DNA of 64,000 nucleotides. Origin: an uncultured Gammaproteobacteria bacterium (GTDB lineage Bacteria > Patescibacteriota > Microgenomatia > UBA10105 > UBA927). The notes under the pieces were generated by a model, which was not told where the DNA came from, searched no databases, and saw nothing but the letters and a program-made list of their open reading frames with translations. Positions 46,697 through 56,985 of this stretch are shown in pieces (the stretch's first letter is position 1; every line of letters starts with the position of its first letter). The position numbers and the translations under genes were made by a program. Location: positions 6,184 through 70,183 of the forward strand of contig CAYSEV010000003.1 in the NCBI GenBank assembly GCA_964430295.1, read 5' to 3'.

Positions 46697-47536
46697 ATGC
46701 AAAATCCAACACTATGGAATCAGTTACTTGTATGGCCGATTGTTAATGTGCTCATTGCTCTTTATAAAGGTTTTGAGTATCTGCATGTCCCTGGTCCGTT
46801 AGGGTTTGCAGTCATAGGCCTAACGGTTATTATCCGGTTACTCCTCTATCCCCTTATGAATGCGCAAATGAAATCCGCAAAAAAGATGTCTGCACTCAAA
46901 CCGCACTTGGACTCGTTAAATGAAAAGCATAAAAATGATAAACAGGCACTTCAACAGGCACAACTTGCTCTGTATAAAGAACATGGGGTGAATCCAGCAG
47001 CCGGATGTCTCCCCCTTCTGATACAAATGCCTGTTCTTATCGCTTTATATAATGTGTTTTATCAGGTGCTCAATAACGGCAACATACAAAAGGTCGTTGA
47101 AACACTCAATCACGTGGCGTATGCATCCTGGATGCATATCGGCACACTGGATCTCTCATTTTTCGGTGTAAACCTGGGGCTTAAACCCTCTCAATGGCAA
47201 ACACATGGGTGGTGGTTATTATCTATCCCAGTTATTACAGGTGCATTGCAGTGGTATCAAAGTAAACTGATGTTGCCTCAATCTGCATCGGTAAGCTCCG
47301 ATACCCAAAATTCAAATACGAAACAAATACAAAAAAATAAAAATTCCAAAAAAGATGAAACGGTTGAACAAAAACCTGAAGATACAGCAGCAGAAATGCA
47401 AAAACAAATGGCCATGATTACACCTGTTATGTTTGGGTATTTTGCCCTTCAGTTCCCTCTTGGTCTGGCCCTCTACTGGAATGTTTTTGGACTTTTTGGT
47501 ATCATGCAACAACTGAAAATTAATAAGGAGAAGTAA
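46697..47536 (+). CDS. yidC: Membrane protein insertase YidC/Oxa1 (short, monoderm type)
   Basis: IIRLLLYPL, LYKEHGVNPAAGCLPLLIQMP, PLGLALYW. Confidence 0.95.
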   Translation: MQNPTLWNQLLVWPIVNVLIALYKGFEYLHVPGPLGFAVIGLTVIIRLLLYPLMNAQMKSAKKMSALKPHLDSLNEKHKNDKQALQQAQLALYKEHGVNPAAGCLPLLIQMPVLIALYNVFYQVLNNGNIQKVVETLNHVAYASWMHIGTLDLSFFGVNLGLKPSQWQTHGWWLLSIPVITGALQWYQSKLMLPQSASVSSDTQNSNTKQIQKNKNSKKDETVEQKPEDTAAEMQKQMAMITPVMFGYFALQFPLGLALYWNVFGLFGIMQQLKINKEK

Positions 47537-47540
47537 TGCT

Positions 47541-47996
47541 ATGGAACAAAAACAGGCAGTTCAACATATAACAGAAGATTTATTATCGAGACTTGGTATA
47601 CAAGGCAATGTCACGGTCGATATAGATGAGACAGAAAGCTTTCGAGTCCATATTGAAACCGAGGAAACAGGTCTCCTTATAGGTTTTCACGGACGTACAT
47701 TGGAAAGTCTTCAAATTATTTTGGGTATTATTGTCTCCAAAGAATTAGCTACGTGGGTAAAAGTGTATGTAAATGTTGGCGATTACCGAGAAAAGCGAGA
47801 AGAAGCCCTTATGCTCATGGCACAACATGCAGCCGAACGGGCTCTTGCAGCAGGAAGAGAAATTGAATTGGCAAATCTTTCCGCATCAGAGAGACGTGTG
47901 ATACATCTGACACTGAGTGGTGATGATCGTGTGGAAACAGAATCTGTCGGGGAAGGGTCAAGGCGAACGTTACTTGTGAAGCCAAAGCTCGTCTAA
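47541..47996 (+). CDS. jag: Jag/KhpB/EloR RNA-binding protein (KH plus R3H, no N-terminal Jag domain)
   Basis: LLIGFHGRTLESLQ, DYREKRE, ERRVIH, TESVGEG; follows yidC. Confidence 0.9.
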   Translation: MEQKQAVQHITEDLLSRLGIQGNVTVDIDETESFRVHIETEETGLLIGFHGRTLESLQIILGIIVSKELATWVKVYVNVGDYREKREEALMLMAQHAAERALAAGREIELANLSASERRVIHLTLSGDDRVETESVGEGSRRTLLVKPKLV

Positions 47997-48060
47997 TAGT
48001 AAGCTCCACTTCCATATTTGCAATTTCCTCACTAAATCGTGAATAATGAGTTTATGAATC

Positions 48061-49431
48061 ATGAGTCTGTATATTCGATTCATACAAAAATTATACTTCA
48101 TGATATTTAAGTCACGAGTTACATTGTCTACACTGCACAGATTTTTTTTCTCCTTACTAATAGTATTATTGCCGACACAGGTAGGACTGCACTTCTGGCC
48201 TGAGTGGGCGCATGTATTGGGCAGACGAATTGATTACCTCTCCCCCACTTTGTATTTAACAGATATTCTTATATGTTTCGTTGTTGTATTTTGGGTAATC
48301 GATCACAACTGGGATCATGAATTACGAATATTGAATACTGGCAAAAAATTAACATACATACTTCATGTTTCAGTATGTATTATTCTCTTACTTATACATA
48401 TTGCCACTTCCCTTTCCCCTGCTCTTGCATGTTACGCATGGCTTAAAGTGTTTGAATTTGGCTTACTTATTGTATATATAAAAAAAACAAAGCCTCCATT
48501 ATCGATAGTTCATAATTCTTTGTTGATTGCTCTTTTCTATACATCATTGATTGCTATAGTGCAGTTTTTCCTGCACCGTTCAATCGGTGGCCCTATGTGG
48601 CTGCTTGGTGAACGAACATTTTCGGCAAGTACTCCGGGAATAGCTCAAATACCCTTGTATTTGGATATTGGGTTTTGGAAGTTTGATTTTGGACTTATAT
48701 TGCGGGCGTATGGTACATTTCCCCATCCAAATGTATTAGGTGGATTTATTGCGGTGGTTGTACCACTGCTATTAGGTGAATATGCAAATAAACAAGTAAA
48801 CCAAAGGATTAAAAATTTATATATTCCTGTATGTGTGCTGGGAATTGTCGCATTGATCCTAACATTTAGCAGAAGTGCATTGGTGGTTTGTGGTATGAGC
48901 ATGCTTATACTCACAGTACGAGACAAAAAGCATCTTTGGGGAAAAACGCTGCTGGGGTTATTCGTTATGTTTCTACTGTCTCTTATGATATTTTCAGTTC
49001 ATGTCACCGATGAATCTGTTGTAGTCAGACAAGCGTTGAATATATCCGCGATTGAAATTTGGAAAACACATCTATGGTTTGGTGTCGGGCTTGGGAATTT
49101 TATTGTGTCACTTCCCCTTTTTTTACCTTCAAAACTTATTTATTTTCTGCAGCCGGTACATAATATATATCTCCTACTTCTATCGGAAATGGGAATTGTA
49201 GGAATTTGTGTGATAGTATATATTTTGTATTTCTTATTCAAGAATGAATCACAAATTATGCATACGGACAAAAAAATAAAACATGTAATTCATACTTCAC
49301 TTTTTATGTTTCTCATACTTGGTCTTGTTGATCACTATCCTCTCACCTTACAGCAGGGACAGTTGTTGTTAACGCTTTTAATCGGTCTAAGCATTGTTGA
49401 ATATAATCCTCCAAAAACAGTTTTACACTAA
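48061..49431 (+). CDS. O-antigen ligase family membrane protein
   Basis: RAYGTFPHPNVLG, LTFSRSA, FGVGLGNF, QPVHNIYL, DHY. Confidence 0.88.
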   Translation: MSLYIRFIQKLYFMIFKSRVTLSTLHRFFFSLLIVLLPTQVGLHFWPEWAHVLGRRIDYLSPTLYLTDILICFVVVFWVIDHNWDHELRILNTGKKLTYILHVSVCIILLLIHIATSLSPALACYAWLKVFEFGLLIVYIKKTKPPLSIVHNSLLIALFYTSLIAIVQFFLHRSIGGPMWLLGERTFSASTPGIAQIPLYLDIGFWKFDFGLILRAYGTFPHPNVLGGFIAVVVPLLLGEYANKQVNQRIKNLYIPVCVLGIVALILTFSRSALVVCGMSMLILTVRDKKHLWGKTLLGLFVMFLLSLMIFSVHVTDESVVVRQALNISAIEIWKTHLWFGVGLGNFIVSLPLFLPSKLIYFLQPVHNIYLLLLSEMGIVGICVIVYILYFLFKNESQIMHTDKKIKHVIHTSLFMFLILGLVDHYPLTLQQGQLLLTLLIGLSIVEYNPPKTVLH

Positions 49432-49519
49432 TCCGTAACACACGTGTATGTGGTGTTTCCCGGATATGTCTCAACTCTGATAATTATTTTTAATAAACGA
49501 TTCATGTTAGAATATGGCC

Positions 49520-50815
49520 ATGCCTCACATGCATAGATCCCTCTCTTCTACCCGCCTGACGATTGCAAAGAATACGTCGGCACAATTTATTGGTCGCATC
49601 ATCAGTTCGTTGTCTACAGTTATACTTACATTTTATATAGCGAGAAAATTTGGCTCAGTTGGATATGGTGAATTTGTTAAGATTACAACATTTGTATCAT
49701 TTTTTTATCTTTTAGCTGATTTTGGGTTTAATGCTATATATATTCAAAAAAGTACGCTTACTTCTTTCGGTGATAAGCGGATTCATGATCCCCAATGGAA
49801 TATGTTACTCTTTATTCGAATCGTACTCAGTGTTTTACTTTTGATCTTAGCTCTCGTAATTATTTGGTGCATACCAATATCTGAAACTAATGGATATTCG
49901 AGTTTGGTACACATAGGAATCATATTACTCCTGCCTACTATTTTATTTCAGGCACTTATTACAACAATCAATGGGTTATTTCAAAAAATTCTTCGATATG
50001 AATGGTCAGCTATTTCCGTCATTTTTGGATCATTATCTTCAATACTATTGATTCTACTTTTTGTATATAATCAATCAACTTCATTAATTCAATTTAGTCT
50101 GATTCCTCTGCTGGTTGGTAGCGCTGTAACAACACTCGTCGCATTCATATTTGTTCGGATGCTAGGATGTGTTGTGACTATTGAGAGATCGTTGGAGTCA
50201 TATAAGACATTTATATACGCAACAATTCCCCTTGGGTTAACACTCCTCTTTAATGTCATATATTTTCATGTTGATAGTATCGTTATGACGTTTTCTCGTT
50301 CTACCTCCGAGGTTGGCATTTATGGACTTGCGTACAAAGTATTTGAATTGTTATTGGTATTTCCAACCTTTTTTATGAATTCGCTGTATCCGATGTTCGT
50401 GATCGAAGTACAAAAAAGAGAAGAACATTCTCACGCGAAACTGCTCATATTGATTAAAAAGTCAGCAACCGTACTTCTTCTTGCATCAGTTGCTCTATCT
50501 GTTATGACATGGATAGCAGCTCCATATATCACATATATTAAGCACGACTTTTTTGAAAGTATATATGCTCTACGTATATTACTGTTAGGCATTCCATTCT
50601 TTTATCTTTCCAGCCTTACTATGTGGATTCTTATCGCAGTTAAAAAACAACACATACTGGCTTGGCTATATGGTATAACAATGCTTGTAAACATAGGGCT
50701 AAATATATTATTTGTTCCGATATATGGTTATACGGCCGCAGCATGGATTACGGTGGTAAGTGAAGCAATGGTACTTATTGCCAGCAGCATAGTTGTGAAA
50801 CAATCCCTATCATGA
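49520..50815 (+). CDS. Wzx-type polysaccharide flippase
   Basis: IAKNT, ARKFG..GYG, ADFG, VGIYGLAYK, LNILFVPIYGYTAAAW. Start could be 49514 or 49520. Confidence 0.9.
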   Translation: MPHMHRSLSSTRLTIAKNTSAQFIGRIISSLSTVILTFYIARKFGSVGYGEFVKITTFVSFFYLLADFGFNAIYIQKSTLTSFGDKRIHDPQWNMLLFIRIVLSVLLLILALVIIWCIPISETNGYSSLVHIGIILLLPTILFQALITTINGLFQKILRYEWSAISVIFGSLSSILLILLFVYNQSTSLIQFSLIPLLVGSAVTTLVAFIFVRMLGCVVTIERSLESYKTFIYATIPLGLTLLFNVIYFHVDSIVMTFSRSTSEVGIYGLAYKVFELLLVFPTFFMNSLYPMFVIEVQKREEHSHAKLLILIKKSATVLLLASVALSVMTWIAAPYITYIKHDFFESIYALRILLLGIPFFYLSSLTMWILIAVKKQHILAWLYGITMLVNIGLNILFVPIYGYTAAAWITVVSEAMVLIASSIVVKQSLS

Positions 50816-50884
50816 TTATCACATAGCTTTAAATAATTCATTCCCACTATATACTCGTATAAATATCCGCTATACTCAAACATT

Positions 50885-51292
50885 ATGAAATACATTATCA
50901 ATACAGATGGCGGGTCTCGTGGAAATCCCGGGCAAGCTGCAATAGGGGTTGTAATACGGGATTTAGAAACAGGAAAATTGGTTGCATCATTTGGTAAAAA
51001 AATCGGAATTACTACAAATAATGTAGCAGAATATTCTGCTGTGATTGCTGCATTACAGTATGTAATCGACACGAAAGAACAGGGGAGTGATATACAATTT
51101 TTTCTTGACTCTTCATTGGTTGTTAATCAACTGAACGGATTATTTAAAGTGAAAGATTCTAACATGCGTAATTTAATGTTTAAAGTTCGCGAATTAGAGC
51201 AGGGAATAGATGGGCATATTGTATATTCATATGTACCTCGTGAACAAAATACTGCAGCTGACTTTGAAGTAAATAAGGCACTTGATAACTAA
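50885..51292 (+). CDS. rnhA: Ribonuclease HI family protein
   Basis: TDGGSRGNPG, TNNVAEY, DSSLVVNQ, VPREQN..AD. Confidence 0.92.
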   Translation: MKYIINTDGGSRGNPGQAAIGVVIRDLETGKLVASFGKKIGITTNNVAEYSAVIAALQYVIDTKEQGSDIQFFLDSSLVVNQLNGLFKVKDSNMRNLMFKVRELEQGIDGHIVYSYVPREQNTAADFEVNKALDN

Positions 51293-51293
51293 A

Positions 51294-51352
51294 TGTCATC
51301 CTTGCGAAAGCGAGGATCAATAACATGATTCCCGATAAGGTTGGGAATGACA
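51294..51352. repeat. REP-like double-hairpin palindromic element
   Basis: TGTC-ATCCTTGC-GAAA-GCGAGGAT..ATTCCCGA-TAAGG-TTGGGAAT-GACA, with terminal inverted TGTCAT/ATGACA. Confidence 0.7.
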
Positions 51353-51478
51353 TAGGATGAATGTGGATATAATCCCCTCATGTCGGTTACCGTATATAAT
51401 CCGTGAATAGGCTTGCATACTCCAAGTTGTTTTCGGTGTTTTTATTTGCCATAATACAAAAATATAACACGTACTATT

Positions 51479-54076
51479 ATGACTCCTGCCTCCTCATTGT
51501 CGCATAGTGATGATATTGATCAATTACCTTTAGCTCGTCTGTATGCTGAAGAAGAATCCTTTGTCTCTCCGTTGCGGGAATATTTAGAAACACATGGATG
51601 CCGTGTAATTGTGAATGACAACTCTCTAATTCCTGAGACATATTTTCTGGTAGCAGGAAGCCCAGTATTCGTGAAACATATTTTTGCAACGAAAGCTACA
51701 TCCGCTCTTCGGGTTATCGGTATCGTGGTAACTACAGATGTTTCTGAAGGCAAAAATCTCGCTGATGACTCTCGCAAAATTGTTGTTATAGATCCTCGGT
51801 ATTTAAGTAACACAGATGTAAGAGAAATTTTCGCATTTTTCTTTTCCGGCACTGAAACACTTTTGAACATAATACGAAACATACATGAGCCAATTACTCA
51901 TATTGATCCTGCCTCCAATGATGCAAAGTCTGTACCTAGTGGAGTACCTTCGATAACTGAAATACATCAATCACTTCCTCCAATCGTTCCTCGAGTTAAA
52001 TCAGTAGAAGAAGTACTTACACAAAATGATAGTGAAAGAATTAATCATATTATGACGGATGTGTTTGGAGATCCTCATGTGCGTAAGAAAAAACATAGGT
52101 ATTTAAAAATTCAGAAACATATGTTGAGGACTATTGGAAATATTACTATGTATACGTTTTTCCTTTTTGGCGTTGTATTATTTCCGTTATCTGTATATCT
52201 TGCCGGGTTATCTGCCTCTACATTTTTTTTGTTGAGAGCAGCAAATTTTATAAGCAAAACTGACATGGTACGTGCAAGCTCCTCATTGAATAGGGGAGAA
52301 TATTGGTTAAGTCAAACCGAGTTTATATTTTCGCTTATAAAAACACCAACATACATATTTGGAGTGGGGGAACCTATCCGTAATCAAGAACGTGTGCTTT
52401 CATTGTTATCAGATCTTATGAGAGGTATTACGGAATCAATGGATGTAGTAACACAAGGAAAACAATTTATTGAAGCAAGCATCCCATCTTCAGTTAGGGA
52501 AGATGAAAAACTTCCTGCATCATCACTGGAGTCGCTTCGTATTTCTGTCGTAGCGGCACATAATAGTTTAGGGTTGGCCGAAGCAGAATTGTCTGCACTT
52601 ATGAGAGATCAACCATTTCCATTTTCATTCAGGATGCTACAACCCACGTTTTCACACGCAGAATATAAGTTACAATCTATTCGAAAAATTTTGTCATATG
52701 CAGAAGAACTCTTAACTGTTTATCCAAAGATTGCGGGATTTAAAACTACGCAATCATTTCTAGTATTACTTCAAAATAGTAATGAACTTCGACCAATGGG
52801 AGGATTTATTGGTAGTTTAGGTCTGGCAACATTTGATAATGGAATTCTATCAGATTTTTCAATAGAAGACGTCTATGCAATTGACGGTCAATTAAAAGGA
52901 CATGTAGATCCACCACGACCAATAGCTGAATTGTTGGGGAATGAGCATTGGTACTTACGAGATAGTAATTGGGATCCGGATTTTTCTATAAGTGGACAAC
53001 GCGCTGAATGGTTTTATGAAAAAGAAACAGGGAAGCATGTAGATGGAGTACTTGCCATAAATATACCTATTATTGAACGAATGTTAACCGCCATAGGTCC
53101 TATTCAACTGCCAGACTATAACGATCGAATTACTAAAGAAAATTTCTTTGGAAAATCTCTGTATTATACTCAAAATAATTTTTTCCCAGGATCAACTCAA
53201 AAGAGGGATTTCTTGGGATCTCTAGCCAGAGCTGCAATGACAAAAATTATGACCGATAAAGACATTGACAGTCTTGCGTTGATAAAAGCTGTTATGGATG
53301 GTATTGAGCAGAGAGATATGCTATTGCATATTCAAGATCCTGAAGTTCAATCAATGATTGAACATTTTGGATGGGGTGGAAGAGTATACGATTCATCTAC
53401 TTGTACTGGTGTTGATGTAAATCGATGTATAGGTGGAGAGATTTTGTTTTCTGAAGCGAATCTCAGTGTGAGCAAGGTTAATTATTATGTAACGCACGAA
53501 GCCAGTCGTGAAATCACAATAACACCACAACAGGAAATCAACGAACGTGTTCTATACACGATAGGTAATACAGCAAATACTGCTGCAAATCCAAATGAAA
53601 AAGGAGTAGGCGGCACGTATCAAACATACGTACGTTTACTACTTCCCAAGGACAGTATTGTAAACACCGTATTACTAGATGGTGTACCTATTCCGACCAG
53701 AAGTACTGCGCAAAAAAATATGCCAGAGCTTCCATATATAGAGAATGCAGATGGAACAGCGCAAGCAAGAGGAATTGGTATTGCTCTTCGGGTTGCTCCT
53801 GGTGAAAAGAAACAGATCCAAATTACATATGCCAGATCCCAACATCTGCAGATAGGTAAAGGGGGTGGGTACTTGGATCTTTTATGGTACAAACATCCAG
53901 GAATATCTTCAATGCCACTACACACTATTATTCGATATCCGCCAAATTGGAAAATGAATGATGAGTCCCTAAATAAAGATGAGTCAATCAGTACATTTAT
54001 TGCAAAATCAGGCGAATTCGAGTACAATACACGTATAGAACGCGATATAAAGTATCGTATTAAATTTATACAATGA
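51479..54076 (+). CDS. DUF4012 domain-containing membrane protein
   Basis: LLQNSNELRPMGGFIGS, LRDSNWDPDF, VDGVLAI, ANL..SKVN. Confidence 0.85.
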   Translation: MTPASSLSHSDDIDQLPLARLYAEEESFVSPLREYLETHGCRVIVNDNSLIPETYFLVAGSPVFVKHIFATKATSALRVIGIVVTTDVSEGKNLADDSRKIVVIDPRYLSNTDVREIFAFFFSGTETLLNIIRNIHEPITHIDPASNDAKSVPSGVPSITEIHQSLPPIVPRVKSVEEVLTQNDSERINHIMTDVFGDPHVRKKKHRYLKIQKHMLRTIGNITMYTFFLFGVVLFPLSVYLAGLSASTFFLLRAANFISKTDMVRASSSLNRGEYWLSQTEFIFSLIKTPTYIFGVGEPIRNQERVLSLLSDLMRGITESMDVVTQGKQFIEASIPSSVREDEKLPASSLESLRISVVAAHNSLGLAEAELSALMRDQPFPFSFRMLQPTFSHAEYKLQSIRKILSYAEELLTVYPKIAGFKTTQSFLVLLQNSNELRPMGGFIGSLGLATFDNGILSDFSIEDVYAIDGQLKGHVDPPRPIAELLGNEHWYLRDSNWDPDFSISGQRAEWFYEKETGKHVDGVLAINIPIIERMLTAIGPIQLPDYNDRITKENFFGKSLYYTQNNFFPGSTQKRDFLGSLARAAMTKIMTDKDIDSLALIKAVMDGIEQRDMLLHIQDPEVQSMIEHFGWGGRVYDSSTCTGVDVNRCIGGEILFSEANLSVSKVNYYVTHEASREITITPQQEINERVLYTIGNTANTAANPNEKGVGGTYQTYVRLLLPKDSIVNTVLLDGVPIPTRSTAQKNMPELPYIENADGTAQARGIGIALRVAPGEKKQIQITYARSQHLQIGKGGGYLDLLWYKHPGISSMPLHTIIRYPPNWKMNDESLNKDESISTFIAKSGEFEYNTRIERDIKYRIKFIQ

Positions 54077-54753
54077 AAAAACATACACTTTCAGCAGAAC
54101 CAAGAACACAAGTCGGCAAAACAGTTAAATTATTGAGAAAGCATGGTAAATTGCCTGCAACGATTTATGGTAACGGATTAAAAAGTCAGTCAGTGACGGT
54201 AGATACGGCAGCATTCGCTATCGTACGCAAAGAAGCAGGGGAAACCGGACTTATTGAATTATCTGTTAGCGGAAAAGTTCATCCTGTGCTTATTCATTCT
54301 GTGCAAGTTCACCCAGTAACTGACTCGCTTATCCATGTTGAATTTCATCAGGTAAATCTTAAAGAAAAGATACATGCAAAGGTTATGCTTGAACATACAG
54401 GTGAAAGCCCAGCAGCCGCGCAAAAGCTTGGTGTTGTTATGACACTTCATGATTCTATAGAGGTAGAGGCTCTTCCAACTGAATTACCGGAAAAATTACA
54501 TATAGATCTCTCCGGATTAGCAGAAGTAGGGCAGGATATTACTGCAGCAAATGTTGCATTACCATCTGGAGTTACGTTAATTACTGATTCAACGACTGTT
54601 CTTGTAAAGGTAGGTCCATTAGTAACAAAAGAGGCAGAAGCTGAGGTAGCAGCTGATGCAGCTCAGGCAGCAGAAGCAGCAGCATCTGCGGAAACAGTGG
54701 CAACAGAGAATGCTGGCGAGGTTAAAAAGGAAACTTCAGAAAAAACTTCTTAA
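54073..54753 (+). CDS. rplY: 50S ribosomal protein L25 (Ctc form)
   Basis: LRKHGKLPATIYG, QVHPV..IHVEF, EVEALPTELP; Ala/Glu-rich tail. Confidence 0.95.
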   Translation: MKKHTLSAEPRTQVGKTVKLLRKHGKLPATIYGNGLKSQSVTVDTAAFAIVRKEAGETGLIELSVSGKVHPVLIHSVQVHPVTDSLIHVEFHQVNLKEKIHAKVMLEHTGESPAAAQKLGVVMTLHDSIEVEALPTELPEKLHIDLSGLAEVGQDITAANVALPSGVTLITDSTTVLVKVGPLVTKEAEAEVAADAAQAAEAAASAETVATENAGEVKKETSEKTS

Positions 54754-54811
54754 GAAGCAATGTTTTTTGTTTGCTTATTTCCAAAGTGTTAATTGCCCCG
54801 TTTATTGGAGT

Positions 54812-55354
54812 TCAGCGTTTGTGTATTAATTGAGGATCTATTGATTCTGCCTGTTGAGTATACGTTTTTGCAAGGTCATCTTTGTGAAGTAACTTCGCAA
54901 TATACGCTGCCTGCAAATACGCATCACGGTAATCAGTGTGTTGTACGATTATAGCTTTCCAATATGCAAGTTTCGTTTCAAGTTGCGAAGGTTCAGAATT
55001 CCATACATCTAACGTTCTCTGTATATCTGTTGATGCTCCCAGTACTGATTCAGTCTTGTTCGTTGAGATAAGCTCTTGGATAAATTCTATTTCCCGATTC
55101 ATATATATATCTTGTCTTGTATTCTTGTATGACTTTGCAAGCATAAAATGTGGTTGTGCTGAAAACGGTTGTTTGAGAAGTGAAACTATTTCTTTGGAAT
55201 AAACGTGTTGTCTGGTTTGGATTATATTCACAATCCCAATGCTAATGACTATAGAAAATAATCCAATGGTGTTGAGTATGTACAATCTCCTCTGTGTATG
55301 TTTTGCGGAAATAAATCGGGAAATTTGCGGTAATATCTTTGAAACTCGCATCAT
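54812..55354 (-). CDS. Membrane-anchored hypothetical protein with C-terminal TPR-like motif
   Basis: TM helix, VLGA, YWKAI..DYRDAYLQ..IDP. Start moved to 55354, which has TACAAT 7 nt upstream. Confidence 0.7.
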   Translation of the reverse strand: MMRVSKILPQISRFISAKHTQRRLYILNTIGLFSIVISIGIVNIIQTRQHVYSKEIVSLLKQPFSAQPHFMLAKSYKNTRQDIYMNREIEFIQELISTNKTESVLGASTDIQRTLDVWNSEPSQLETKLAYWKAIIVQHTDYRDAYLQAAYIAKLLHKDDLAKTYTQQAESIDPQLIHKR

Positions 55355-55513
55355 GTAGCCTATTGTATGAACATGATGTAAAAAACGCAACTATGATAAG
55401 TTCCATAATCCAATATCTCTACACTAGGCCTGTTCATACTGATTGCACGTATACATATATATATGATATCCTACCCACACTTACATATGCCTGCCGCATT
55501 AAAGGAGCGTATT

Positions 55514-56227
55514 ATGCCAAAACAAATCAAGAAATCTGCACAAAAAAGCACAGCTAGAACTTCCCGTTCAGCAAAAAAAGTTCATGAACTTATGGATATA
55601 TCTTCTGAACAATTTGGTATAGATCAAACAGTCGTTTCGATCCCCCCAAAATCTAAAAGCGGGTTGCAATGGAGTGTCGTATTATTAGGTCTATTATTTA
55701 TAGTTGCTGTATATGCTGCAAGCAAGGGATATATCATCGCTGCGATTGTAAATGGCTCGCCAGTATTCCGATGGGATGTTAATCGAATGTTGGAAACCAG
55801 ATATGGACAACAAACCCTGGAAAGCATGATTAGCGAAAAAATGATTGGTGATGCCGCAGTTAAACAGGGTGTTGTTATTACTCAAAAAGATATCGATGCA
55901 AAAACAGCAGAAGTCGTAAAATCTCTTGGACCAAATGTAAAACTTGATGACTTATTAAAGTATCAGGGGATGAATAAATCAGATTTTGAACATCAGATTT
56001 CATTGCAACTAACTGTTGAGCGTATTTTGGGCAAAGACGTGAACGTAACTGATACAGAAATAAATGACTTTATTGAAAAGAATAAAGAAACACTTGTCGC
56101 AACTGATGAAGCAGGTATGCGAGGAGAGGCAAGAGAAGCACTGACATCTCAAAAAATTAATGAAAAAATACAACCTTGGTTTGCAAGCCTGAAACAAAAT
56201 GCAAAAGTTGTTAGACTTATGAAGTGA
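55514..56227 (+). CDS. SurA/PrsA N-terminal chaperone-domain protein (no parvulin domain)
   Basis: TM helix, AAIVNG, GQQTLESMI, VTDTEI, LKQNAKV; AAGGAG SD before ATG 55514. Confidence 0.82.
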   Translation: MPKQIKKSAQKSTARTSRSAKKVHELMDISSEQFGIDQTVVSIPPKSKSGLQWSVVLLGLLFIVAVYAASKGYIIAAIVNGSPVFRWDVNRMLETRYGQQTLESMISEKMIGDAAVKQGVVITQKDIDAKTAEVVKSLGPNVKLDDLLKYQGMNKSDFEHQISLQLTVERILGKDVNVTDTEINDFIEKNKETLVATDEAGMRGEAREALTSQKINEKIQPWFASLKQNAKVVRLMK

Positions 56228-56964
56228 GAATGAAACAGGTACTCTTGATCATCGGATTTATTGTAATGGTTATTGCTGCATCCTTGTTTGCGTATTCAAG
56301 GTCTAAAGCGGATGTTGAATCAGTAAAAGGGGCACAGACTGCAACGAATGACCTGGGGACGAATACATCTATAGTAGCTGAAACAAAAAAAATGGAGGAA
56401 TCTATGCCAACTAAAACAGAAGATACAAAAAAAAAGAAAACGTATACAAATCCGCCGGCAATGACAATAGCAGTAGATAAGGCGTATACAGCTACAATTA
56501 AGACCAGTAAAGGTGTGATGAAGCTTGTGTTGTATCCAAAAGATGCTCCAAACACCGTGAATAATTTTGTTTTTTTGGCACGTGAAGGGTTTTATAACTC
56601 AACTGTTTTTCATAGAATTATTAAAGGTTTCATGATTCAGGGCGGAGATCCAAAGGGCGATGGTACCGGCGGACCTGGGTATCGCTTTGCGGATGAAAAA
56701 ATAACCAGAAGTTATACACGCGGGACGATTTCTATGGCAAACGCAGGACCAGATACAAACGGTAGTCAATTTTTTATCATGCATGCTGATTATCCACTGC
56801 CAAAAAACTATGTGATATTTGGCGGGATTGAATCAGGGGATACAGAAAGTTTGAAAACGTTGGATGCAATTGCCACAATTCCAACATCTTTAAGTATGAT
56901 GGGTGAACAGTCAAAGCCGATAGACGCAGTAACGGTGGAATCTGTAAGTATTGAAGAAAAATAA
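56224..56964 (+). CDS. Membrane-anchored cyclophilin-type peptidyl-prolyl isomerase
   Basis: APNTVNNF, FHRIIKGFMIQGGDP, SMANAGPDTNGSQFF. Confidence 0.95.
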   Translation: MRMKQVLLIIGFIVMVIAASLFAYSRSKADVESVKGAQTATNDLGTNTSIVAETKKMEESMPTKTEDTKKKKTYTNPPAMTIAVDKAYTATIKTSKGVMKLVLYPKDAPNTVNNFVFLAREGFYNSTVFHRIIKGFMIQGGDPKGDGTGGPGYRFADEKITRSYTRGTISMANAGPDTNGSQFFIMHADYPLPKNYVIFGGIESGDTESLKTLDAIATIPTSLSMMGEQSKPIDAVTVESVSIEEK

Positions 56965-56985
56965 GAGTTATTTTAGTGGATTATT

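Noticed and set aside
54746-54776. Intrinsic terminator after rplY
   Set aside because: Only a weak AT-rich stem (CTTCTTAAGAAG); not convincing.
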